Positions 1-7,715 of a DNA stretch of 57,242 bases are shown one piece after another. The stretch covers positions 1-57,242 of the forward strand of contig JAFGMK010000019.1 in assembly GCA_016927565.1 (NCBI GenBank), given 5' to 3'. The notes under the pieces were generated by a model that ran no database searches, was not told where the DNA came from, and was given only the letters and a program-made list of their open reading frames with translations. Position 1 is the first letter of the stretch, and each line of letters opens with the position of its first letter. This DNA comes from Minisyncoccota bacterium (GTDB taxonomy: Bacteria > Patescibacteriota > Microgenomatia > PFEM01 > JAFGMK01). The position numbers and the translations under genes are program-made.

Positions 1-82
1 CAATTATCAATCGCCAAAACCGGATATTTCTACTTTGCCCGCTGACCGGACATTATCACTTTGACATGCCTTATACCCCGGC

Positions 83-111
83 TTGACTTCAGACAGCGTC
101 TTTGTTATATT
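83..111 (+). promoter_or_regulatory. sigma70-like promoter
   Basis: TTGACT (83-88), 17-nt spacer, TATATT (106-111), about 30 nt upstream of T-box Stem I. Confidence 0.5.
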
Positions 112-138
112 ATTTTCCAAATTTAGTTAAAAGCTTTG

Positions 139-530
139 AGGAGAACAAGTAGATTCCGGACCTCTGTCTTTAAAAGAGAGCGGTAGCTGGTGAAAATTCC
201 GCAAGCAAGTCCAGTTTCGAAAAGATCTCTTTATCCCTGAGATTCCGGGGGAAAGCTGCCGGAAGAACCCTCCTTCGCCATAGCTTCGGAAGGGCAAGTG
301 CTTTTCCAAAGCAGATTGCGAAAGAGCAAGTAAAACCGCGCCGGGTGCGCCCGTTAAAGCGCTAGAGTATCACTGCAAGTCAAGTACTCAAACAACGAAG
401 GCGAAGCCTTTTTTTGACGAGAACACCAGTGATGGTGTTTTTTTAGTGAAATCTCGGGGCCTAGCAAAATAAGGTGGTAACGCGGTTTGTAAATCGAGCC
501 GCCCTTATGAAAATAAGGGCGGCTTTTTTT
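139..530 (+). promoter_or_regulatory. T-box riboswitch leader, apparent Lys (AAG) specifier
   Basis: Stem I: GAGA..AGTA (148-151), AGAGAG bulge (175-180), distal-loop CTGGTGAAAA (187-196). Specifier loop: GAA-AAG-A (219-225). CCGTTA F-box-like element (351-356). T-box core AAGGTGGTAACGCGG (471-485) can pair with the 5' arm of the terminator. Confidence 0.8.
498..530 (+). terminator. intrinsic terminator of the T-box expression platform
   Basis: Perfect hairpin AGCCGCCCTTAT-GAAA-ATAAGGGCGGCT followed by T7. Its 5' arm competes with the antiterminator (AAGG / 7-nt UGGUAAC bulge / GCGG). Confidence 0.75.
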
Positions 531-578
531 ATGGTTTACCACCCAAATTTAAATATCAATTCAATAAGGAGGAAGCTT

Positions 579-1382
579 ATGATCCAAAGCAAAAATCAAA
601 ATTATCTTGCTAATTTGCCGGCTTATTTAAAAGAGGCGATTAGGTTTGATGAGGGCTATTTTTCGATTCCCTTAGCCGAAAGCCGGGAAGATTTCGCCTC
701 AATCAGAGAAAGTTTTTCTCAGAGAGATTTGCCGGTTTCGTTTGATCAGGCGCCCGGCCTCTTAAATCAACCCAAAATCTTTTGGGTAAGGCAAAGTTTG
801 ATTGATCCTCTTCTCAGGGCAGCAACTCAGCTAAAAAACAAAAGTTTAAGGTTGCATTTTTTCTCTGCTTACCGACCATTAGAGGAACAAAAAAAACTTT
901 TTGAAACCTCAGTCCGAAAAACAATTCAGGAATTTCCCCAGGTTGATAAAGAAACTTGTTTAAAAATTGCCGGGGTTTATGTTGCCTGTAATCCGGCCAC
1001 TGCCGCTCATGTTAGTGGTGCCGCGGTCGACGTCGGCTTAAGAACTTTATCAGGAAATTTTTTGGATCTGGGAGCAAATTACTTGGATTCTGGCCCTTGC
1101 GTAGCTACTGATTCTTCTCAAATCTCGTTCCGGGCAAGAGAAAATCGGAATTTACTCGCGGAAATAATGAATTCAGTCGGTTTTGTTAATTATCCTTTTG
1201 AATTTTGGCATTTTTGTTTTGGAGATCGGATTGCAACTTTTATCCAAAAAAAACCCCGGGCTTTTTTTGGGTCGGTTGTTTTTGATTCCCAAAAAGGAAT
1301 TATTAAGTTTTTAACCAATAAGGAACAAAAGAAATGTTTTGCCGTCAATCACTTATTTTTTAAAGAAAGGAAGAAAAAATGA
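579..1382 (+). CDS. M15-family D-Ala-D-Ala dipeptidase-like protein (VanX/DdpX-like)
   Basis: AGGAGG RBS then ATG at 579. Motifs YRP, AHVSGAAVDV (S-x-H-x-x-G-x-A-x-D) and EFWHF (E-x-x-H). The ORF-track start at 474 lies inside the T-box terminator. Confidence 0.8.
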   Translation: MIQSKNQNYLANLPAYLKEAIRFDEGYFSIPLAESREDFASIRESFSQRDLPVSFDQAPGLLNQPKIFWVRQSLIDPLLRAATQLKNKSLRLHFFSAYRPLEEQKKLFETSVRKTIQEFPQVDKETCLKIAGVYVACNPATAAHVSGAAVDVGLRTLSGNFLDLGANYLDSGPCVATDSSQISFRARENRNLLAEIMNSVGFVNYPFEFWHFCFGDRIATFIQKKPRAFFGSVVFDSQKGIIKFLTNKEQKKCFAVNHLFFKERKKK

Positions 1383-3283
1383 CAACCGAAAGACTACATC
1401 AAATGGAAACTGACTTTATCTTGATTCCGGATGGTTATCAAAAAGAGGTCGCTGGTCAATCTTATCTTTTCCAAAGATTGTCAGGCATTACCGCTTTGGG
1501 GGAAACTATTCCGCTTCAGCAAGAGGTTTTTGGCTTGACCGACCTTGAGGTTTGTCCGGCTCACATGCTGGTGACTATGGAAAAAGCTGGTGGGATTGCC
1601 GTTGGCGGCTGGGGGAGTAATGGCGAGTTGGTTAGTTTTGCTTATGGTTGGCCGATGAGTGAGCCGGGTTCGATCCTGCTGGATATGATCGGGGTAAGGG
1701 AGGATTTGCGGGATCATGGTCTGGGTTTTGAAAGTCTCAGGGTAATGGCCTTATTGGCTGAGGCAGCAGACTATAAAAGGATCAGGTTTACTTACGATCC
1801 GCTTGAGGCCAGAAATGCTAATTTTTATCTTCGAAAAGCCGGAGCAAGAGCCACCGGCTATGAAGTTAGTCCTTATGGTGATGGAGACTTGGCGGGTGAC
1901 CGATTCTGGGCGGTTTTAGATTTGACTTCTGAAAGAGTTGCTCATCGCCTTCTGGGTCAAAATGGCCAGCCTGGTTTTGATCAGGTAAACGACCTTCCAA
2001 TAGCCGGTCCAACCATATTTCCCCAGACAGACCGGCTGCTCTTGCCGATTCCGGCCTGTTTGGGAAAGTTAGCTGTCGAAGATCAAAGAGGCTGGTGGCA
2101 GTTTTATCGCCAGGTTGGCGAGCATTATTTCCCGAGGTATCAGGCAGTAGAAATGATTGTTCAGGATCAGGGAGAACAAGCAATTAATTATTATCTTTTT
2201 GAAATAGCTGCTTCTGTTAATCAAAGGGCGGCTGTTTTGTTTAAAGGAGGAATCATGTCAACTGAAACGGGGTTTTTTTTACAAACTGCAGATCTTTATG
2301 AAGGTTGCGGCAACCGACTTTTAATTGCCCCTCTAGCGGAAGAATTCTGGTCAACCGATTTTCTGGCGAATGCTCAACTACGTCAAGCTTTGGCTCAGGC
2401 GGGTCAGGAGCAACGGGTAGACAGCATTATGGTTTTGACCGGTCATCCCGAAGAACGGGAAAGTCAGGGCTATGATTGCACCATGGATGTTTTTGAGCCT
2501 GCTGGCAATGACGGCTCCGGGATGGCTGGTAGCTGGTCAACTATGTGCGGCAATGGTGTTAGGGCGGTTGCTCGGTACTTAATGGATACTGGCCAAATAA
2601 GCCAAGAGAAAAATCCTTACCGGATTGCTACCCGAAGTGGTATTAGGGCAATTGAGGTTTTGCCAGGCGATCTTTTCCGGGTCCGGATGGGTGAGTTTGC
2701 TTTTTCACCCCGGGATCTTAGCCGGTATTTAAATCCTGAGGCGATCGGACTGGATTTAACCGAATCAATAGTAGCCCTCCCGTTGCCAGCTTTTTTAAAC
2801 GAGGCCGGAATAAATCAGTTAGGAGTCAACGCTTGGTCAATGGGCTTACATGGTGACCGCGAAAATGGGAGTCAAATTGATGGTGAGCCTCATGTCGTTT
2901 TACTTCTGCCTCCTTCCTCAGCAATGACAATGCCTCAATTAGTTCAGACTGCTCAAGAGTGGGGTCCGAGAGTAACTAAAGCTACTGACTTTTTTCCTCA
3001 AGAGGTTAATTGTAACTTTGTGATTGTTCAGGAGGTTAATCAAGGAGAGAAAAAAATGCGCGTTATTGCCTGCACTCATGAGCGAGGCCTGGGTGATGAT
3101 CCGGCTCATTCTGTTACCCAAGCCTGCGGGACTGGTGCTACCGCTATCGGCTCAACTATGTTTTTAACTCGCAACCTTTCTGATGAATGGGAGGTTGAGG
3201 TTCAAATGCCTGGCGGAAGCTTGTTTATTCGCCGAGAAAATGAGCAGTATTTTATGGTTGGTCCGGCTAACAAATGCGATTAA
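1379..3283 (+). CDS. dapF: fusion protein: N-terminal GNAT-fold-like domain plus C-terminal diaminopimelate epimerase
   Basis: The C-terminal half has NDGSG..MCGNGVRAV and ACGTGATA, the two DapF catalytic Cys motifs. The N-terminal ~290 aa carry TYDPLEARNANFYLRKAGA, which resembles an uncharacterised GNAT-like family. ATGA overlap with the upstream gene. Confidence 0.75.
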   Translation: MTTERLHQMETDFILIPDGYQKEVAGQSYLFQRLSGITALGETIPLQQEVFGLTDLEVCPAHMLVTMEKAGGIAVGGWGSNGELVSFAYGWPMSEPGSILLDMIGVREDLRDHGLGFESLRVMALLAEAADYKRIRFTYDPLEARNANFYLRKAGARATGYEVSPYGDGDLAGDRFWAVLDLTSERVAHRLLGQNGQPGFDQVNDLPIAGPTIFPQTDRLLLPIPACLGKLAVEDQRGWWQFYRQVGEHYFPRYQAVEMIVQDQGEQAINYYLFEIAASVNQRAAVLFKGGIMSTETGFFLQTADLYEGCGNRLLIAPLAEEFWSTDFLANAQLRQALAQAGQEQRVDSIMVLTGHPEERESQGYDCTMDVFEPAGNDGSGMAGSWSTMCGNGVRAVARYLMDTGQISQEKNPYRIATRSGIRAIEVLPGDLFRVRMGEFAFSPRDLSRYLNPEAIGLDLTESIVALPLPAFLNEAGINQLGVNAWSMGLHGDRENGSQIDGEPHVVLLLPPSSAMTMPQLVQTAQEWGPRVTKATDFFPQEVNCNFVIVQEVNQGEKKMRVIACTHERGLGDDPAHSVTQACGTGATAIGSTMFLTRNLSDEWEVEVQMPGGSLFIRRENEQYFMVGPANKCD

Positions 3284-3334
3284 TTGGCAATTTTTCTTGC
3301 CTAGATCAATGATCAATGCTAAACTTATCCTCAA

Positions 3335-5644
3335 ATGAATATGAGTAAATTCTGGGCTGATAAATTAGTTAAGGGGATTATAGATTCCGGCAAGCATCTT
3401 CCTTATTGGGTAGATGATATGAAAACTCCTTCAGGCAGAATTCATGTCGGCGCTTTGCGGGGGGTAGTGATTCATGGTTTAATTCACCAGCTTCTTAAAG
3501 AAGCCGGCCTTAAGTCAACTTATACCTATGTTATTAACGACATGGATCCCATGGATGGTTTTCCCCGCTATTTGCCGGAAAAATTCCGCCGGTATATGGG
3601 CCGGCCTCTTTTTAAAATTCCCTCACCCGAAAAAGGCTATTCTTCCTTTGCCCGTTGTTACGCTGAGCAGTTTATTAAAACTTTTAACAGCTTAGGTTTC
3701 AGACCGAAGATTGTTTGGTCAAGCGAATATTATCTTCGGGGAAAATTTAACCGGGTGATTGAGGAAGCGCTGGACAGGGTGGTTTTGATCCGGAAACTTT
3801 ACAAAGAGATTTCCGGCTATGATAAGCCCGGAAACTGGTATCCTTTTCAGGTAATTTGCCCGAAATGCGGCCGGGTGGGCTCAACCATTGTTACCAACTG
3901 GGATGGCAAAAAAGTGACCTATGAATGCCGGAAGAATCTGGTAGATTGGTGTTCCGGCTGCGGTTATCAGGGAAAGATTTCTCCTTTTGATGGTGCGGGC
4001 AAATTGATGTGGAAAGTTGATTGGGCCGCTCATTGGAAAGTGATCGGAGTAACGATCGAAGGGGCAGGAAAGGATCATATGACTGAGGGCGGTTCGTACG
4101 ATCTTTCCAGTCAGATTTGCCGGCAGGTTTTTGAATATCCGCCACCGTTTGCCTATTTATATGAGTGGTTTTTAGCGAAAGGCGGCGTGAAAATGTCTTC
4201 CTCAAAAGGAATTGGGGTATCGGCGGTAGAAATAGCGGCGACATTGCCGCCGGAGATACTGCGTTTTTTATTGATTAAAACTCATTTTAAGCAAGCGATT
4301 ATTTTTGATCCGGCGAACAATGAAAGCATTTTGGATCTTTTTGATAAGTACGACGATTGCGCCCGGGAATACTGGGAAGAAAAAGATTCTTTGAAAAACC
4401 GGTCTTTCCAGTTATCTCAGGTTGGTAAAATGACAAAAAAAAGTTTTCTGCCTCGATTCCGGGAGGTAGTCAAAAGAATTCAGAATCCCAAAATGGACTT
4501 GGTGGAAAGCTTTGCCAGGGATAAGGGGAAATCCCTGAATGCCAATGAAAAGAAAATTTTAGAAGAGCGAATAAAATACGCCCGAATTTGGCTTAAAAGT
4601 TATGCCCCGGATGAATTAAAACTGGGAATAACCAAGAATCTTCCGGAGGGAGTTAGTGAACTTTCTGTTTCTCAAAAAGAGTATTTGGGTAAGGTTGTCC
4701 GGCTGTTGAAAAGAGAAGGATGGGATCCGGAAAAACTCCAAATGGCGTTATATGAAAAAACCAAAGAAACATCAATTCTCCCCAAAGAGGCTTTTCAGGC
4801 TCTTTATTTAACCTTATTAGGAAAAAACTATGGTCCTAAAGCTGCCTGGTTGTTGCTTGAGGAAGATCAAAATAAAATTATCACTCGATTAACTGCGGCT
4901 GTTAATTATCAAAAAGGATTGATTAAAAAAGAAAAATATCTTTATCCTTTATTGAAAGATTCTAAAATCTTTTCTATTGACCCTGAGTTTGCGGCTAAAT
5001 ACCCTTCCGTTGTGGTCGGAATCGCTCTTATCAAGGGAGTGAAGGTGAAAAAACAGGACCCTGTTTTGATCCGGGAAATTATTCAATTTACTCAAAGTCA
5101 GTCAGGTTTAACCAGTGAACAAATTAGCCGTTTCCCGGAAATTAGAAGTTATCGCCGGCTTTACAGAGAAACCGGCATTGACTGGCACAAAAGAAGGCCC
5201 TCGCCGGAATCTCTAAACAGAAGAATCGCTCGGAATCAGGGATTGCCTAATGTTAACAACTGCGTCGATGCTTATAACTTGGTCGTGGCCAAATACCGAG
5301 TTTCGGCTGGAGCTTTTGATTCAGACCAAATCAGATTTCCGACAGTTTTAAGATTTGCTCAAAAAGGGGAAAATATTCTGCTTCTGGGCGATAGGGAGCC
5401 CACAGAATATCTTCCGGGTGAGGTGGCTTACTTTGATCAAGCAGGAGGTTATAACATTGATTTCAACTACAAAGATGCCGCAAGAACTCTGGTGACCGAG
5501 AAAACAACCAATCTGTTAATCAATACTGAGGGTATTTTTGAGATTGGTCGGCACCAGGTGGAAAGGACCCTTCAAGAGACGATAGACAAGATTATTAAGT
5601 ACTGCGGCGGAAAATTAGAGAGTGCGGGAATCGCTGTCGCCTAA
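3335..5644 (+). CDS. lysS: class I lysyl-tRNA synthetase with C-terminal B3/B4-like domain
   Basis: PSGRIHVGALRG (HIGH-like) and KMSSSKG (KMSKS). It is about 240 aa longer than typical class I LysRS. The tail has PSPESLNRR..NNCVDAYN..GAFD..GE motifs typical of B3/B4 (PheT-like) domains. Confidence 0.9.
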   Translation: MNMSKFWADKLVKGIIDSGKHLPYWVDDMKTPSGRIHVGALRGVVIHGLIHQLLKEAGLKSTYTYVINDMDPMDGFPRYLPEKFRRYMGRPLFKIPSPEKGYSSFARCYAEQFIKTFNSLGFRPKIVWSSEYYLRGKFNRVIEEALDRVVLIRKLYKEISGYDKPGNWYPFQVICPKCGRVGSTIVTNWDGKKVTYECRKNLVDWCSGCGYQGKISPFDGAGKLMWKVDWAAHWKVIGVTIEGAGKDHMTEGGSYDLSSQICRQVFEYPPPFAYLYEWFLAKGGVKMSSSKGIGVSAVEIAATLPPEILRFLLIKTHFKQAIIFDPANNESILDLFDKYDDCAREYWEEKDSLKNRSFQLSQVGKMTKKSFLPRFREVVKRIQNPKMDLVESFARDKGKSLNANEKKILEERIKYARIWLKSYAPDELKLGITKNLPEGVSELSVSQKEYLGKVVRLLKREGWDPEKLQMALYEKTKETSILPKEAFQALYLTLLGKNYGPKAAWLLLEEDQNKIITRLTAAVNYQKGLIKKEKYLYPLLKDSKIFSIDPEFAAKYPSVVVGIALIKGVKVKKQDPVLIREIIQFTQSQSGLTSEQISRFPEIRSYRRLYRETGIDWHKRRPSPESLNRRIARNQGLPNVNNCVDAYNLVVAKYRVSAGAFDSDQIRFPTVLRFAQKGENILLLGDREPTEYLPGEVAYFDQAGGYNIDFNYKDAARTLVTEKTTNLLINTEGIFEIGRHQVERTLQETIDKIIKYCGGKLESAGIAVA

Positions 5645-5655
5645 AAGGAGGTTTT

Positions 5656-6429
5656 ATGAAGCTTCAGAAACTGGAGCAGTTTTTGAAAAATTACTGGGGA
5701 AAAGATTTTTTAACTAAATGGCAGAAAAAAGATGATCATGGCGCCAATGGTCTCCAGGTCGGCGGCCGGGAAAATATCAAAAAAATCGCCTTTGGAGTCA
5801 GCTGCAACGCCGATTTTTTACATCACGCTTTACATGACGAGGTTGATACTTGTATTTTTCATCACGGCTTAGATACTCGGTTTCCTCAAATGCTGATGCC
5901 GGAATATCTCCGAAAGCGTTTTAAACTGATTCTTGAAAACAATCTTAATATCTTTGGTTACCACGGAGCGATGGATGCCCATCCTAAACACGGCCACAAT
6001 ACCCTGATCTTAAAAGAGCTGGGAGTAAAAATTCTAGGCCCAGTTATGGACGAATGGGGTTATTATGGGGTTTTGCCAAGTCCCAGAAAACTCATTGCGA
6101 TCGGCAATCAATGCCGCCGGCTGTTTGATCACGAAGTCTTTGTTGAAGGCAATCCCGATCGGAAAATCAAAAGAGTTGCTGTTTGTTCCGGCGGCGGCAT
6201 TCCCGGCAGAGAAGAAGTGGTGAATTTTGTTACTAAAAAAATTGATCTTTACATTACCGGCGTTATTTCCGAGAGCCGGCCTCACATGTTTTCCGAAATG
6301 GGCATGGCCTATTTTGCCTGCGGCCATTATGCCACTGAAAAAATCGGGGTTTTAGAACTTGAAAAACAAATTAAAAAAACCTTTCCGGAAATAAAAACCG
6401 TTTTTATTGACATCAATAATCCTATTTAG
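5656..6429 (+). CDS. Nif3-family dinuclear metal-centre protein
   Basis: ANGLQVGG and HHG motifs, C-terminal GHYATE, length about 257 aa; AGGAGG RBS. Confidence 0.85.
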   Translation: MKLQKLEQFLKNYWGKDFLTKWQKKDDHGANGLQVGGRENIKKIAFGVSCNADFLHHALHDEVDTCIFHHGLDTRFPQMLMPEYLRKRFKLILENNLNIFGYHGAMDAHPKHGHNTLILKELGVKILGPVMDEWGYYGVLPSPRKLIAIGNQCRRLFDHEVFVEGNPDRKIKRVAVCSGGGIPGREEVVNFVTKKIDLYITGVISESRPHMFSEMGMAYFACGHYATEKIGVLELEKQIKKTFPEIKTVFIDINNPI

Positions 6430-6430
6430 G

Positions 6431-6466
6431 AATAAAGGCTAATCCTTTATTCTTTTGGTTTTTTAT
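6431..6466 (+). terminator. intrinsic terminator
   Basis: AATAAAGG-CTAAT-CCTTTATT hairpin followed by a T-rich tract. Confidence 0.5.
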
Positions 6467-6493
6467 TATTTATTCTTAATTTAAGGAGTGGTT

Positions 6494-7060
6494 ATGATCT
6501 CAAGAGAGGAAGCTTTAAAGTTCTTAAAAGAGCAGATTGAAAACAAAAACATCATCAAGCACATGATTGCCTGTGAAGTCATAATGCGGGCTTTGGCCAA
6601 GCGTTTTGAACCGGGAAAAGAAGAAGTTTGGGCGATGGCCGGTTTGTTGCATGACGGCGATTACCGGGATGATGTTCCTCCGGACCAGCAGGGAATCAAA
6701 GTTAGTCAGATGTTAGAAGCGAGGGGTTTTCAAATTCCTGAAGAAATGAAACAAACAATGGCTGCCCATAATTGGGGAAATACCGGCGTGGAGCCAAAAT
6801 CAAAGATGGATTGGTCGTTATTTTGTGGTGATTCCTTAACCGGCTTGATTGTCGCCACTGCTTTGGTTCATCCGGAGCGGAAATTGGCTCGAATTACGGT
6901 CGAGTCAATTTTAAAAAAGTTCAAAGACAAAGCCTTTGCCCGGGGTACCCGGCGGAAAGAAATTGCTCTTTGTGAGGAGAAACTTGGGATTCCTCTGAAT
7001 GAATTTATGGCGATTGGCCTTAAGGCAATGCAAGATGCCGCTGATGAATTGGGGCTTTAA
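6494..7060 (+). CDS. HD-domain phosphohydrolase
   Basis: LLHDGDY HD motif; AAGGAG RBS 5 nt before ATG 6494. Confidence 0.75.
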   Translation: MISREEALKFLKEQIENKNIIKHMIACEVIMRALAKRFEPGKEEVWAMAGLLHDGDYRDDVPPDQQGIKVSQMLEARGFQIPEEMKQTMAAHNWGNTGVEPKSKMDWSLFCGDSLTGLIVATALVHPERKLARITVESILKKFKDKAFARGTRRKEIALCEEKLGIPLNEFMAIGLKAMQDAADELGL

Positions 7061-7106
7061 AATTAGATTTGAAAGGTTCTCTTTATTAAAGAGAGGAAAG
7101 GTTTAA

Positions 7107-7625
7107 ATGGAGCGGAAATTTTGGCTCGGTGTCGGAGTTGGCGGATTTTTAGCTCTGGCGGCTTTTGCGGGATTGGAGTTTATAAGCTGTATTCCGGAAG
7201 GGACGTGTTTTACCCGGAGAAGCCCGTCTGTTAAGCCGGAAACCGCGATTGACTATGAAAGCTGTCTTTTGACAGGCGGAGAAGCGGCGAATGGATCGTC
7301 TGAAGAGGCCCCTCGCTGTTGTATCGGGGGTCAGTGTTTCTGGAAAGAAGCCGGAAAATCAGTCGAAGACCCGGTCGGTTGTGAGATAACCAACTGCCAC
7401 GGTTTGGAAATTACGTGCGGATCTGTTCCGCCGGACTTTTGCACCATGCTTTATCAGTCCGGCGATGTCTGTCGGCCTTTAGCTCGCTGTGAAGTGATTA
7501 ACGGCCGGTGCCAGCTGGTCGGGGATCCAAGATTAACTGCCTGTTGGGAATGTGTCCGTCAATGTCAGCAAATCACTGATCAAATTAAAAGTATAAATTG
7601 TGAGAGCAGTTGCCGTTTGGAATAA
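7107..7625 (+). CDS. Cys-rich secreted or membrane-anchored hypothetical protein
   Basis: N-terminal hydrophobic helix, then about 20 Cys in 140 aa; GAGAGGAAAGG RBS. Confidence 0.6.
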   Translation: MERKFWLGVGVGGFLALAAFAGLEFISCIPEGTCFTRRSPSVKPETAIDYESCLLTGGEAANGSSEEAPRCCIGGQCFWKEAGKSVEDPVGCEITNCHGLEITCGSVPPDFCTMLYQSGDVCRPLARCEVINGRCQLVGDPRLTACWECVRQCQQITDQIKSINCESSCRLE

Positions 7626-7654
7626 ACAAAAAAATTGCTTTTGACTCCTTTTGC

Positions 7655-7683
7655 TTGCCGAAGTTCTCTCAATGGCTTATAAT
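7655..7683 (+). promoter_or_regulatory. sigma70-like promoter for serS
   Basis: TTGCCG, 17 nt, TATAAT, followed by the perfect 16-nt palindrome CCTGAATCGATTCAGG (7693-7708) in the short 5' UTR. Confidence 0.45.
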
Positions 7684-7715
7684 GTTCCTGGAGCCTGAAT
7701 CGATTCAGGACAATC

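Noticed and set aside
20-62. Direct repeats CCGGATATTTCTACTTT (20-36) and CCGGACATTATCACTTT (46-62), with a similar CCGGATAATTCACTTT at 15758-15773 after the Crp/Fnr gene
   Set aside because: There are only three imperfect copies and no palindromic symmetry expected of a Crp/Fnr site. They could be chance AT-rich similarity and are too weak to call a regulatory motif.
127-470. Possible RNase P RNA, tmRNA or cobalamin riboswitch in the structured leader
   Set aside because: No GAGGAAAGTCC-type RNase P core, no tmRNA acceptor/tag, no B12 box. All the features fit a T-box instead.
474-578. N-terminal extension of the M15 dipeptidase ORF as given in the ORF track (start 474)
   Set aside because: It would be translated from within the T-box core and terminator hairpin. 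A strong AGGAGG RBS precedes the ATG at 579.
3297-3325. Possible internal promoter (TTGCCT, 17 nt, TAAACT) and GATCAAT tandem repeat before lysS
   Set aside because: The match is weak and there is no terminator upstream. lysS is more simply read as part of the T-box operon.
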